The notes: generated by a model not told the origin, from the letters alone. A stretch of 64,000 bases of DNA from Candidatus Gottesmanbacteria bacterium UBA5942 (GCA_002430725.1 DJCU01000035.1:19324-83323), one strand, 5' to 3'. Positions 38,422 to 49,039 are shown, counted from the first letter of the stretch. Translations and numbers: made by a program.

Positions 38422-39948
38422 TCACACTTCGTGCGGCCTGTATTGGAGCGCTTCTGCTACATGTTGGAGACGTATCTGTGCTACCCCAGAAAGATCAGCG
38501 ATTGTCCGCGACACTTTTAAAATCCGATAATAACTTCTTGCAGAAAGCCCCATCTTGGTAACCGCCTGCCGCAAAAAGCCTCCTGCATCTTCAGGCAACA
38601 CACAGTACTCTCTCGCGAACTTGGTAGTCATTTCCCCATTACAGGTTATTTTTGTCCCCACAAATCGTTTTGTCTGTATATTTCTCGCGTGCTGCACTCT
38701 TTTTTGTACGATCTTTGAAGACTCGCTAGGCGGCATATCTATACTAAGTTTATATGAAGGCACGACTGGCACCTGCACATGTAAATCGATACGGTCGATA
38801 AGAGGCCCTGAAATTCGCTTCTGATAACGAACAACTGCACCCGGCAAACATGTGCATGGTTTCGCGACTGAATGAAAGTTTCCGCAGGGGCAAGGATTTG
38901 CTGCAGCAACAAGCATAAACTTTGCCGGATACCGAACAGTGCCTACTGCTCTTGATATCGTTACCACCCCATCTTCTACCGGCTGACGTAGTGCTTCCAA
39001 GACATGACGGGGATATTCAGGAAATTCGTCTAAAAATAACACTCCTCTATGAGCAAGCGATATCTCTCCTGGTGTCGGTCGAGTACCACCTCCAATCAGG
39101 CCAATACGAGAAGTTGTATGATGCGGAGAACGAAACGGGCGATATTTTACCAAAGATTCACCACTCGACAGGTTGCCGGTCACTGAATACACTTTCGTGA
39201 CCTCTATTGCCTCTTCTTCGGTCATTGCCGGCAAAATTGATGGTAGAGTGCGGGCGAGCATTGTTTTACCCGCTCCCGGAGGACCTTGCATAAACACATT
39301 GTGCCCACCCGCTGCGGCAATTTCGAGCACACGCTTCACATGCTCCTGCCCTGCTACATCGGCAAAATCAAACTCAAAGCCCTGTGGAATACTCACTTCT
39401 GAAAATGGCGTATGAGGATATATCGGAAGTTCCTCACTTTTGGATAAATGTCGAAATAATCCCAAAAGCGTTGGCACAGATACAATCCGTAATCCGCGGA
39501 TCACCGATGCTTCTTTTGCGTCAGGACTAGGAACATACATCGTATCTGCCAATTTATTATCCCTCACCATGAGTGCCAACGGTAATATGCCGTTGGTGTG
39601 TCTTACTCCACCATCGAGAGACAGTTCTCCAACAAAAAGCGCGTTGCTAGTAAGAGGCGCTAATTGACCTGATGCGATTAACATGCCGAGCGCTATGGGT
39701 AGATCGTACGCTGGGCCAATCTTTGGAAGATCAGCAGGCGCTAAATTAACAGTGATACGATGGTCAGGAAACTCTGCGCCACTATTTTTAAGTGCAGCTC
39801 TTACTCGCTCTCTACTCTCCTCCACTGCTTTATCTGGCAGACCGACTATCGTAAATGATGGAAGGCTTTGAGAAGAAATATCTACCTCTACCGTCACCGG
39901 CACCGCATCTAAACCCACGACTGCTCCGGACAGAATTTTTGCAAGCAT
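38422..39948 (-). CDS. comM: YifB/ComM Mg-chelatase-like AAA+ ATPase
   Basis: VGLPD, NLAPADL, GPPGAGKT, RPFRSPHH, LFLDEFPE, NPCPCG. Confidence 0.92.
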   Translation of the reverse strand: MLAKILSGAVVGLDAVPVTVEVDISSQSLPSFTIVGLPDKAVEESRERVRAALKNSGAEFPDHRITVNLAPADLPKIGPAYDLPIALGMLIASGQLAPLTSNALFVGELSLDGGVRHTNGILPLALMVRDNKLADTMYVPSPDAKEASVIRGLRIVSVPTLLGLFRHLSKSEELPIYPHTPFSEVSIPQGFEFDFADVAGQEHVKRVLEIAAAGGHNVFMQGPPGAGKTMLARTLPSILPAMTEEEAIEVTKVYSVTGNLSSGESLVKYRPFRSPHHTTSRIGLIGGGTRPTPGEISLAHRGVLFLDEFPEYPRHVLEALRQPVEDGVVTISRAVGTVRYPAKFMLVAAANPCPCGNFHSVAKPCTCLPGAVVRYQKRISGPLIDRIDLHVQVPVVPSYKLSIDMPPSESSKIVQKRVQHARNIQTKRFVGTKITCNGEMTTKFAREYCVLPEDAGGFLRQAVTKMGLSARSYYRILKVSRTIADLSGVAQIRLQHVAEALQYRPHEV

Positions 39949-40020
39949 TACCCCCTACAATACTCGGAAATAATGCATATTTCAGTGGAATATCTTACAG
40001 AAATGAAGTATACTATAAGC

Positions 40021-40382
40021 TGCACTTTGGGAACCCGGATTCTCGCCCTGATTTAATCGGGGAGGAAAGTCCAGACAGCAAAATGCAGGGGACTCCGCAT
40101 AAGCGGAGCGTCGCAAGATCGGGTGTCTTAATCTCGTAAGGGGTTAGGAACAAAATCTGAATTGACAGATTGAGAGAGCCACAGAGACGATCATCAGCCG
40201 CAAGCCTAACAGGCTCGGAAGATGGGTGAAACGTTGGCAATCCCACCCGCTGCAACCGGAGACTGGTCCGTTATTACCACGCATTTGGGAGGACCGAATT
40301 TTACGGGCATAAGAGAAATGAGAGTCTATTCGCCAATCCTGGCGAAAAAACAGAATCTGGCTTACGAGGATCCCAAGGTGCA
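40021..40382 (+). ncRNA. rnpB: RNase P RNA
   Basis: GAGGAAAGTCC ... GCCACAGAGACG ... GGGTGAAACG ... AACAGAATCTGGCTTAC; P1 GCACTTTGGGA/TCCCAAGGTGC. Confidence 0.95.
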
Positions 40383-40537
40383 CAAAATTCCCATAAATAT
40401 GTTTATGGGAATTTTTGTACCGCAGGGACCGCGACATAGTCCGAGGATCCCAAGGTGCACCAAGAAAACCCATAGAAATATTGATTTTCTTGTGAACTGC
40501 AGAGAGTTCGCACGTAGCACGAGGATCCCGAAGTGCA
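40365..40537 (+). repeat. Three copies of the rnpB 3' end at a 77-78 bp period
   Basis: CGAGGATCCCAAGGTGCAC at 40365 and 40442; CGAGGATCCCGAAGTGCA at 40520. Confidence 0.9.
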
Positions 40538-40545
40538 AATAAAAA

Positions 40546-41520
40546 CTACTTACCCTTCGGAGAAACTGGGAATGAATTAACGATTTCCTGTATAGATATA
40601 AGTACCGGAACTGCCAAAACTGCCCCCGCAATTCCTCCAAATCTCCCACCGATCATAAGTGCCAAAATAGTGAGTACCGGAGACAATCCGACACTCTGCT
40701 TCATAACAAGCGGTACCAATAAATTATTTTCTATCTGCTGGACTATGATATAGAGTGCGGCAACAGAAAGGGCAAGCCCTGGAGAACTACCAAAAGCAAC
40801 AAGCACCGCAGGAATAGCAGATACTGTTGGGCCTATCGTAGGAACTATTTCCAGTAAGCCTGCAAAAATCGCGAGTGGCAACGCATACTCCACACGCAAG
40901 AAAAATAATCCTCCGTACACGAGAAGCCCTATAAATATCATCAAACAGACCTGCCCCAATACCCAGGCTCCCAGCCGCTTTTCTATCTGCAAAAGTACAG
41001 TAAACACTCTCTCGCCTACTCCATCTCCAAGAAAGCCGGTAAGAAAATTTTCAAGGTGTTTACGTTCTAACAAAAAGTAAAAGGTAAATGTCATCACCGT
41101 AAGCACTGCAATCACGTTTGAAAATACACCGACAGTCACTCGCAACAAATTTTCACCAACGGGCCCCGCCTGCTGCAAAAGAGAACGAACGTCTGACGAA
41201 ACATAAGGGAATATTCGAGACAAGAAATCAGGAAGTTGAGCAAATAACTTCGTTGATTGGCTACTAAGCGGTGGAATCATGCTCACTACCCCCGCACCGA
41301 GTCCACCAAAAATTATCCCGTACAACAAAAGTATAGACATAAACCGTGGAATACGAAGCTTACTCATCCCATCGACAATCGGTCGGAGGGCGGACATGAG
41401 AATAAATGAGATAAAAAGCAAAAAAAGGATATCGCGTATCTGTAAAACAAGCCAGATAGCGGCGATGAGAACCAACGTAAATATAATCGTTCTATGGGAT
41501 ATTTCTATTTTGGTTGGCAT
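40546..41520 (-). CDS. AI-2E family transporter
   Basis: LEIVPTIGP, QQIENNLLVP, GAVLAVP. Confidence 0.9.
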   Translation of the reverse strand: MPTKIEISHRTIIFTLVLIAAIWLVLQIRDILFLLFISFILMSALRPIVDGMSKLRIPRFMSILLLYGIIFGGLGAGVVSMIPPLSSQSTKLFAQLPDFLSRIFPYVSSDVRSLLQQAGPVGENLLRVTVGVFSNVIAVLTVMTFTFYFLLERKHLENFLTGFLGDGVGERVFTVLLQIEKRLGAWVLGQVCLMIFIGLLVYGGLFFLRVEYALPLAIFAGLLEIVPTIGPTVSAIPAVLVAFGSSPGLALSVAALYIIVQQIENNLLVPLVMKQSVGLSPVLTILALMIGGRFGGIAGAVLAVPVLISIQEIVNSFPVSPKGK

Positions 41521-41528
41521 AACTTCTT

Positions 41529-42494
41529 TTAAGTATACCACTCACGCACTTCCTTCTCTACAAGCGCCGCAAGATAATCCTGACGGCTATCAAACCATCG
41601 AATATTTTTGTTTTTTTTAAACCACACTATTTGTCGCTTCGCGTATGCTATTTCCTGTTTTTCCCATGCTTCCAACGCCTCCTCTTCTGTTTTTTGATGA
41701 GATAGATAATCACGAATTGGCTCTATACCTAACGCGCTTACCACTGGCATATTGGTCACCATATTACCAAGTTTTTTAACCTCATCTATGGCACCGTTTT
41801 CCCATCGGGCTCGAACACGTTTACGAATATTGTATTCCATATCCGATAAGTCACTCCGAAGTCCTATCCATAATTCACTTAATTGTTTTTCTTTTTTTTC
41901 AAGCCTGTTATGTCGCTTGAGCCATTGGCTCACCTCTAATGCGCGTATAAGTCTCCTGGGGTTATTTTTGTCAGAATTATTCATACGCGACAAACGTATG
42001 GGGTCTATATTTTCCAACTCCTTCTGAAGAGTGTCTCGTGAGAGTGTGTCCCACCTGAGTCTTGCTTCCTTATCGATAGGTACATCAATAGTTTCTGGAG
42101 CGTCAGTCACTGACCGTATATACAAACCTGCTCCACCGACAATGATAGGCAGCTTTCCTCTTGAGGAGATATCTGTGATTGCAGATTGAGCCAGTGCATG
42201 ATACAGTGAAATACTACACACCTCGTGAGGAGAAACAGCATCGTAAAGCCACACTGGAATGTCGTCTATCTGATAAGTAACAAGCGGGTATGTTTCACCT
42301 CGAAATAAAACAGTCTGTTGATGAGTAGGTGTATCACCAGGACGGATATCTTTACCTGAAATAACATCGAGCCCTTTGTAGATTTGACGCGAGTCAGCAC
42401 TTACCAGTTCTCCATGCAATTGCTTTGCAATGGTAACTGCTAATTTCGTTTTTCCGCTCGCTGTAGGACCCGCAATAACAAGCACTTTGATCAT
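41529..42494 (-). CDS. miaA: tRNA dimethylallyltransferase
   Basis: GPTASGKT, SADSRQIYKG, YAKRQ..WF. Confidence 0.93.
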   Translation of the reverse strand: MIKVLVIAGPTASGKTKLAVTIAKQLHGELVSADSRQIYKGLDVISGKDIRPGDTPTHQQTVLFRGETYPLVTYQIDDIPVWLYDAVSPHEVCSISLYHALAQSAITDISSRGKLPIIVGGAGLYIRSVTDAPETIDVPIDKEARLRWDTLSRDTLQKELENIDPIRLSRMNNSDKNNPRRLIRALEVSQWLKRHNRLEKKEKQLSELWIGLRSDLSDMEYNIRKRVRARWENGAIDEVKKLGNMVTNMPVVSALGIEPIRDYLSHQKTEEEALEAWEKQEIAYAKRQIVWFKKNKNIRWFDSRQDYLAALVEKEVREWYT

Positions 42495-43714
42495 TTGTAT
42501 GTACCTGCTCGTAAATTTGTTTTATTGATCATTTCTTCCAATACTGCCCATCTCCGCTTCTTCTCGACAAACGGGATACTGTCGGTAAGCGCTTTATGAG
42601 CCGCTGTCATTGGCCTATCGGAATATATGGCAACGTAGGCTTTGCTAAACCCAACCTCTCTAGCCAACTTCACTGTATTTTCAAATTGTGTCTCCGTCTC
42701 TCCCGGAAACCCAACAATAATATCCGTACTTATCGTGACACCCTTTATATGAGTTTTAAGTTTGGAAACAAGTGCAAGATATTCTTCACGGGTATACCAA
42801 CGGTTCATTTTTTTCAACACATCGTTATCCCCCGCTTGCACTGGTAAATGGATATGACGGGATATTTTTTCATTGTTGGCAATTACCTGAATTAAATCAT
42901 CTGAAAAATCCCAAGGATTACTGGAGATAAAATCTATTACTTCAATCCCCTCGATTTCACTTATTGCCGTAAGTAGTTGTGGAAATAAAGTTGGGATACG
43001 TAATCTCCCCAAATGCTTCACATAGGTAGGCTTCATTTGTTTTCCCTCTATGGTAAATATTTTTTCTTTTTCTTTATTGTTTTTTTCGATACGAAAATAT
43101 TGTTTATCAGGTAAATCGCGCATCACTTGTATATTATCTGCGCCAACAAGTAAGTCCGCGCCGTATGAATTAACGTTTTGCCCGACTAACGTGATGTGCG
43201 CCATCCCCTTGGCTGCAAGCTCACGCACTTCTTCGATGATATCTCCCATGGGTCTACTGATCTCCCGCCCCCTAGTAAACGGCACCACACAAAATGTGCA
43301 GAAATTGTTGCACCCGTTAGCAATCGGTACCCATGCATGATGCGCGTTCGTTCTGATGGGTGCGAAATCAAATCCCACCTCCTCAATGGGTAAAAATTCA
43401 TCCACTCCCGGCATTTTTTTGGCGAGGGTTGCCAGCATTTTCCCGGTCTTTTCGCGAGCCGCCATACCCACCATGCATCCGGTGACAACAATTTTTACTT
43501 TTCTTCCTTTTTTCTTTTCTTCCGTAAGGTTGTATACGAGTCCATATACCCGATGCTCTGCAGACGCCCTGATCATACAGGTATTAATCACCACATCATC
43601 AGCGGCTTTCATGGTTTTGGATCGTGTATACCCGCGTGCCTCGTATAAAGCGGCGACACGCTCCGAGTCCGCTTCGTTAGCGGCACAGCCGAATGTTTTG
43701 ATGAAGTATTTCAT
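42491..43714 (-). CDS. miaB: MiaB-type radical SAM methylthiotransferase with no TRAM domain
   Basis: TFGC, INTC, VTGC, CNNFCTFC, TDIIVGFPGET; coupled to miaA. Confidence 0.85.
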   Translation of the reverse strand: MKYFIKTFGCAANEADSERVAALYEARGYTRSKTMKAADDVVINTCMIRASAEHRVYGLVYNLTEEKKKGRKVKIVVTGCMVGMAAREKTGKMLATLAKKMPGVDEFLPIEEVGFDFAPIRTNAHHAWVPIANGCNNFCTFCVVPFTRGREISRPMGDIIEEVRELAAKGMAHITLVGQNVNSYGADLLVGADNIQVMRDLPDKQYFRIEKNNKEKEKIFTIEGKQMKPTYVKHLGRLRIPTLFPQLLTAISEIEGIEVIDFISSNPWDFSDDLIQVIANNEKISRHIHLPVQAGDNDVLKKMNRWYTREEYLALVSKLKTHIKGVTISTDIIVGFPGETETQFENTVKLAREVGFSKAYVAIYSDRPMTAAHKALTDSIPFVEKKRRWAVLEEMINKTNLRAGTYK

Positions 43715-43758
43715 AACTTATAGCGAATCTAATATACGAACGTTATCTAGCTTACGAA

Positions 43759-44655
43759 TTATACCACCCTTAGCCTCGAAGTTAGTTCATGCTTCAATCG
43801 CCTTATGGTCTTAAACCACTTATTTGGCTTAAATAATATTAGTCCATCCTTAGTGAGGATCTTACATTTAACCTTTGGTCTTCTGCCTGGAATATGTTTG
43901 TCCAAAATCACACCCAGTGTTTCATTTTGTAACTCCGTACGAAAATCATCCAGGTATGCACTTATCACAGTGGTTTCTCGCCAGAAATGGTTTATGAGCT
44001 GCACCTGTTGATCAATTGTCTTAGTTTGTGGCTGACCAATAAATTCGGGAAATATATCGTCAATTAAGTCTTTATGCTTATTAAGCAGAACATGACTCGT
44101 AACTTCATTAAACTCCGATTTCATTTTCCTGAGGGACATAAAAATAATTTCATAAGACTCAAACGAACTCAATAAATTGAAGTATGCTGTTATGACTTTA
44201 TTGTGCTGATTATTAATTTCGTCCCATTTATCTGTCCTATGCTTTGTAATATTACCCGCGTTGACTAGGGGATTATTCTGACTAGTTACAAAATAGTTCA
44301 ACCATTGGATAACACTACTATAGTCAATCAGCGCGCTTGAGAAATTGAATAAGTGTTGTTGAAAATTCTCCCAAGCCGTATGTATGACTTTATGCTCAAA
44401 TTGTTTACGTATCTGACTGAAAGCGGCTAATACTCCAACAAGCGCCGCCAAAATCGTAGTGACTGCGCCTCCAACAGAACCTATAAAGTCGACCTCTTTG
44501 CTTGTTAAAGCATTAATCCAATCAACAATTCCACTACCCATAACTAACACAAGGAAGGAAAACCCAAATCCTATTCCAAACATTACGCCCACAAAAAATA
44601 ACCGCTCTATAAGAATTAACGTTTTGCGATATGATTGCATCAAATTCGGTGACAT
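43759..44655 (-). CDS. Hypothetical protein with two N-terminal TM helices
   Basis: Long, visibly AT-rich ORF; no recognisable motif. Confidence 0.6.
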   Translation of the reverse strand: MSPNLMQSYRKTLILIERLFFVGVMFGIGFGFSFLVLVMGSGIVDWINALTSKEVDFIGSVGGAVTTILAALVGVLAAFSQIRKQFEHKVIHTAWENFQQHLFNFSSALIDYSSVIQWLNYFVTSQNNPLVNAGNITKHRTDKWDEINNQHNKVITAYFNLLSSFESYEIIFMSLRKMKSEFNEVTSHVLLNKHKDLIDDIFPEFIGQPQTKTIDQQVQLINHFWRETTVISAYLDDFRTELQNETLGVILDKHIPGRRPKVKCKILTKDGLILFKPNKWFKTIRRLKHELTSRLRVV

Positions 44656-44736
44656 CGGAAGGTGGGGGCAAGCAGGAAGATTATAGCGAAGGTTTGATCA
44701 AAAAGGAATAATAATCCCCAAAACGGTCAAGGCGCC

Positions 44737-45483
44737 TTACGAAAGAATAAACTTCTCGATCACGACTGCCACCCCATCTTCAGTGACCGTTGGGGCGATA
44801 AAATCAGCAACAGCTTTTAGTTCCGGCACTGCATTTCCCATGGCTATCTTAAGCCCGCATGCTTCGAGCAAAGGAAAGTCATTGTAGCCATCTCCTATGC
44901 CAATTGTTTCTTCTGGCTGTACCCCAATACGTTTACATATTTCCACCACGCTATGAAGCTTTGTGGCAGTAGCACTTGTTACGGAAACCCATACATTTCC
45001 TTTCTGGTATGAAGGAGGTGTTTGTATAGAAATATTTGGTATTTTAGTAAGTTCGTCTCTAAGCGCCATAGCAATCCGTACAGGCACTTCCGGCACACAC
45101 AGTGAACACACCTCATCTGGAAATAATCCGCCCTCGTAATACTCTTCTGTTTCTCCGGTATTTACCATAAACCGCAACTTTTTTTTCGCAAAAAAGTCTG
45201 CAACAAGCCCAATTTCTTTTTTGGGCAACGCAAACGTTTTGACAATTTTTTTCTTTTTGGGATCATAAATTTGTGTCGCATCATTTATGCCGCAGGGGTC
45301 ATACACTCCCAAGGCATGAATAACGTCTTTGGCGATAAAAATTGGCCTGCTGGTACACACACAAACATGCGCCAGTTTTTGCGCGGCCTCTACCGCACGC
45401 ACCACTCGCGGTGTAGGCACGCCATCTACAGCGTTGGGCACGCTTGTACCATCAACATCCATAATGATGGCTTTGTATTTCAT
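44737..45483 (-). CDS. Cof-type HAD hydrolase
   Basis: DVDGT, TSR, GDGYND, AMGNA. Confidence 0.9.
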   Translation of the reverse strand: MKYKAIIMDVDGTSVPNAVDGVPTPRVVRAVEAAQKLAHVCVCTSRPIFIAKDVIHALGVYDPCGINDATQIYDPKKKKIVKTFALPKKEIGLVADFFAKKKLRFMVNTGETEEYYEGGLFPDEVCSLCVPEVPVRIAMALRDELTKIPNISIQTPPSYQKGNVWVSVTSATATKLHSVVEICKRIGVQPEETIGIGDGYNDFPLLEACGLKIAMGNAVPELKAVADFIAPTVTEDGVAVVIEKFILS

Positions 45484-45513
45484 TGGGGATACTACAACAA
45501 CATGAGGCAAACG

Positions 45514-46344
45514 TTATTCCTCTTTGCCAACAATCACCTGCGCGTCATAGTCTGCACTTTCTTCGACAGTGGCAGAAGATGTGCCTAATACATAGTCAGC
45601 TTTCAAATCATCAGCCAATAAGGTTGCGAATTCATCTTTTCCGGATTTAACCAATATTTCTGTATCGGTATAGGTATACTCTTCCGCGTTTCCAACGCTC
45701 ACAACAGTGTACCCCTTCTCTTCCAAAAAAGTTTTCATTTTACTGCCTGCTCCGGGTGTACCACCTCCGTTTATAACAGACACCTTCACATCACTCCTCG
45801 TCACCGCAACAGGGCTCGGTGTAGGCACAGCAATGGTAGGTGTTGGAGTTGGCGTTGGCTTCGCGGAGAGAAATGATAAGGTAGACGGGCCACGAACCAA
45901 TAAAATAAGAGACACTCCGATAGCAAGTGCGACACCAAGCATAGCACCCACCCATACCCCAAGGGATGGCCCTCGCTTACCGACCACGGTAATTTCTGGA
46001 GCTACTCCTGGCTCAGACTTTACGAAAAGCGATTCAACTCCTTTGGAATTTTCTTGGACTTCTTCCTGCATACGAGGAGGTACGACATCGGGCTGTACTT
46101 CTTCTTTCAGTTGCTCAACTTCTTCTTCAATCGCTTCGACAGCTTCTCCGATCTCTTCTGCATCTTTTTTGATCGTTTCAATTGCATCAGGTACCGCACC
46201 TTCTTCAACAACTTCGACCACCTGTCTCACTGGCGGCTCACTTTCTTCTGCAACAACTACCTCTGCAACATCAGTATCTTTTATCTGACCGCTCATTTCA
46301 TCAAGCTTTAATGATGCGCGTTTCTTTTTTGCTTTCGGTGGCAT
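45514..46344 (-). CDS. LytR C-terminal-domain membrane protein
   Basis: Acidic N-terminus, TM, PTP linker, V.VINGGG.PG.G...VIVG. Confidence 0.8.
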   Translation of the reverse strand: MPPKAKKKRASLKLDEMSGQIKDTDVAEVVVAEESEPPVRQVVEVVEEGAVPDAIETIKKDAEEIGEAVEAIEEEVEQLKEEVQPDVVPPRMQEEVQENSKGVESLFVKSEPGVAPEITVVGKRGPSLGVWVGAMLGVALAIGVSLILLVRGPSTLSFLSAKPTPTPTPTIAVPTPSPVAVTRSDVKVSVINGGGTPGAGSKMKTFLEEKGYTVVSVGNAEEYTYTDTEILVKSGKDEFATLLADDLKADYVLGTSSATVEESADYDAQVIVGKEE

Positions 46345-46393
46345 ATAGATTAAGTATAGTAACTTACATCAATGTCTGCAAGTATTATCTCTA

Positions 46394-47182
46394 TTAACTA
46401 CTAGCGCTTGTATAATGACGAAGTGCAAAACGCCAATACCAACGGGAGGCAGCCCACAGCCCTGCAGCGAGTACAAACACAATCAGTACATCTTTATAAT
46501 CGAGCTTCGCAAGCAATGCGCGCGATGGTGTATTGATAACAAGGGCTAGTGGCATCACAAAAACAAACAAAAAAGAAGCAAGTTGCTGTAGCATCTCTTT
46601 TGGAAACCTTGCCATACTTTCAAATGAGTACATAAACAAAACCAAATTAGTCATATTGGAAAACCATATAAGGTTGGTAAGTACCAAAAACCACAAAGAA
46701 TACAAAAGCATAAGAGCAGCAAATGCAAGAAATATAAAAAGGAGTAGCTGTGGAAAAGTCACCACCAAATGCAACTGGCCAGCAATCCATATCGTATATC
46801 CCAATGCCATCAAAATACGAAAAATTGTTGCAAAGTTCACTACCCACAAACTTACCGCGAATTGCGAATCAATCGGTTTTACGAGTATTCCATCCAATTC
46901 ACCCATGTGTATTACTTTTGACAGCCTCCCCATATTGATACTTATAAACATATGAAATATACCAACAATCACTCCGTAAATACCGTTAAATAACAACAGT
47001 TCTCCGCGCTGCCATCCATATGCATCGGTCACCCGTGCAGTAAGCATAATGACCGTATACAAAGACATAGCTCCCCACCCGATACTGGCTATGACGTTGT
47101 TAAAAAAATTAACCCGATATGTAAGGAGAGAAGCCAGATTAAGCTTTAGTAATTGACGGTAAATCGCAACATAGCGTTTCAT
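46394..47182 (-). CDS. ABC-2 (DUF990-like) permease
   Basis: GELD..LVKP, YTSASS C-terminus. Confidence 0.85.
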   Translation of the reverse strand: MKRYVAIYRQLLKLNLASLLTYRVNFFNNVIASIGWGAMSLYTVIMLTARVTDAYGWQRGELLLFNGIYGVIVGIFHMFISINMGRLSKVIHMGELDGILVKPIDSQFAVSLWVVNFATIFRILMALGYTIWIAGQLHLVVTFPQLLLFIFLAFAALMLLYSLWFLVLTNLIWFSNMTNLVLFMYSFESMARFPKEMLQQLASFLFVFVMPLALVINTPSRALLAKLDYKDVLIVFVLAAGLWAASRWYWRFALRHYTSASS

Positions 47183-47185
47183 ACA

Positions 47186-47980
47186 TTATTGCCCCACTGC
47201 GGTAAACTGCCGCAATCCTTTATGCCACATGAACCGATAGAGACCCAAAAACAATACTAGCCACACCCATTGCATACCTAACACTTGCCAAAGCTCTGAA
47301 GCACCCAATGCCCCCTGAGATGCGCGCACAGGATAGTACAACATATAGGCGATAGGTTGAAAAAGCGAAAACGAGCGAATTGAGTCAGGCAATAAATGAA
47401 GCGGCACAAGTATGCCGCTAAACAATATAAAAATGATAGTCTGTATATTCTGAAAACCGGAAAAATCAATTGTCCAAAAAGCAATAAGACCAACTATCAT
47501 TTTATAGAAAAAACACAGAAGATACGCGCTTATCACGATAGCGATAACAAGCGGCACTAATCGTATATCAGTAATCAGCTCCGGGGCACGAATAAATACC
47601 GATATACCCAGTAATGTAAGCACTCCAAACCCCCCTTGGATTATCCGCCAAGGTAATTCCTGAAAAAACTTAAATTTTGTATATGAAAATGGTCGAAGCA
47701 AATACTGGGACAATCGTCCGTATTGTATATCTTCAAATGCCACTTCTTCCTCTATGTGCACCTGCAAAAACGAACCCGCTACAAGCAATAACAGGTAATA
47801 GGAAACCGCTTCTGAAAATGACCATATTTGATTACCCGAAGGATCATTTAATACACCCCGCCAATACAAAAGATACACAACAACATCAATAAGAATGACA
47901 AAAAACCAAACAAACGAACGGGCTTTGTATTCCAAAGCGTGCTGCGAATACAAAGAAAAAATAGTCAGCAACCGTTTCAT
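47186..47980 (-). CDS. ABC-2 (DUF990-like) permease
   Basis: I..G.LS..LLRP, FSG..VPL..LP. Confidence 0.85.
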   Translation of the reverse strand: MKRLLTIFSLYSQHALEYKARSFVWFFVILIDVVVYLLYWRGVLNDPSGNQIWSFSEAVSYYLLLLVAGSFLQVHIEEEVAFEDIQYGRLSQYLLRPFSYTKFKFFQELPWRIIQGGFGVLTLLGISVFIRAPELITDIRLVPLVIAIVISAYLLCFFYKMIVGLIAFWTIDFSGFQNIQTIIFILFSGILVPLHLLPDSIRSFSLFQPIAYMLYYPVRASQGALGASELWQVLGMQWVWLVLFLGLYRFMWHKGLRQFTAVGQ

Positions 47981-48957
47981 ATTTTTCTATTGCCCGCAAA
48001 CACATCACGGATAACGTCTTCGATATCAGGTTCTTCTATATTTAGATCGTCAACAGGAAAATGCTGCAATAACTCTGCCGCCGCCAAACTTGAAGCGTTC
48101 CTACTTACTTTTATGATGGCTTTCGGAAATGAATACGACACCAGTTCACCTATTTTTTCAAACTTCTCAGGCGGGACATACTCATCGAGTACGACAGACA
48201 ATAATTTATGCATGGCAAACCGCTTCACCAACCGGTCAAGCGCTCCATCATACATAATTTTTCCGTGATCGATAATAATCACCCGTTTTGCAAGCTGACG
48301 CACATCTTCCATGTAGTGAGAAGTAAGTACAATAGTCGAATAGTGCAACGTATTGTAGGAAGCAACGAAATCTCGCATTTTTTTCTGCATTACGACATCT
48401 AGTCCTATGGTCGGTTCGTCTAAAAATAAAACCTCTGGCGCATGTATCAAAGCAGCGATAAGCTCCATTTTCATTCGCTCACCGAGCGACAATTTTCGAA
48501 CAGGCACTTTTACCATTTCTTCAACATCCAATAGTTCGGTAAGTTCACTCATATTTTTTTTGTATTCCTCATCCCCTACACCATAAATTTCTTTGTTGAG
48601 GAGAAACGTCTCCTGTGCCGGCAAATCCCACCACAACTGATTTTTTTGTCCCATAACCAGAGCAATCTTCCTTAAATACGCATGGTCTCGCACAAACGGA
48701 GTACTCCCTAACACCGATACATGCCCGGAAGTAGGATGAAGTAAACCAGTTAAACATTTGAGCGTGGTCGTTTTACCCGCACCATTTGGACCGATAAATC
48801 CAACAAGTTCACCTTTGTTTATCTCAAATGATATGTCATCAACAGCCGCAACTGTTTCGTATTTCCGATGAAACAACGATCGCACCGAAGCGGCAAAGCC
48901 CGGCTCTTTCTTATGCACTTCATAGTGCTTCGATAAATGTGATACTTGGATTACCAT
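47977..48957 (-). CDS. ABC transporter ATP-binding protein
   Basis: GPNGAGKTT, LSLGERM, LDEPT. Confidence 0.93.
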   Translation of the reverse strand: MVIQVSHLSKHYEVHKKEPGFAASVRSLFHRKYETVAAVDDISFEINKGELVGFIGPNGAGKTTTLKCLTGLLHPTSGHVSVLGSTPFVRDHAYLRKIALVMGQKNQLWWDLPAQETFLLNKEIYGVGDEEYKKNMSELTELLDVEEMVKVPVRKLSLGERMKMELIAALIHAPEVLFLDEPTIGLDVVMQKKMRDFVASYNTLHYSTIVLTSHYMEDVRQLAKRVIIIDHGKIMYDGALDRLVKRFAMHKLLSVVLDEYVPPEKFEKIGELVSYSFPKAIIKVSRNASSLAAAELLQHFPVDDLNIEEPDIEDVIRDVFAGNRKI

Positions 48958-49039
48958 AGATATTCTCACTTAGTATATACCAAAAGAGACCCGCCTTTTA
49001 GAGAAAGCGAGCCTCTGGTTTGGAAAAAAGTCAACAAGT

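Noticed and set aside
40365-40537. Three regularly spaced repeats as CRISPR
   Set aside because: The repeat is the rnpB 3' end, only about 19 bp, and the spacers resemble each other.
39855-40649. Several short ORFs over 39.9-40.6 kb
   Set aside because: They overlap rnpB and its downstream repeats.
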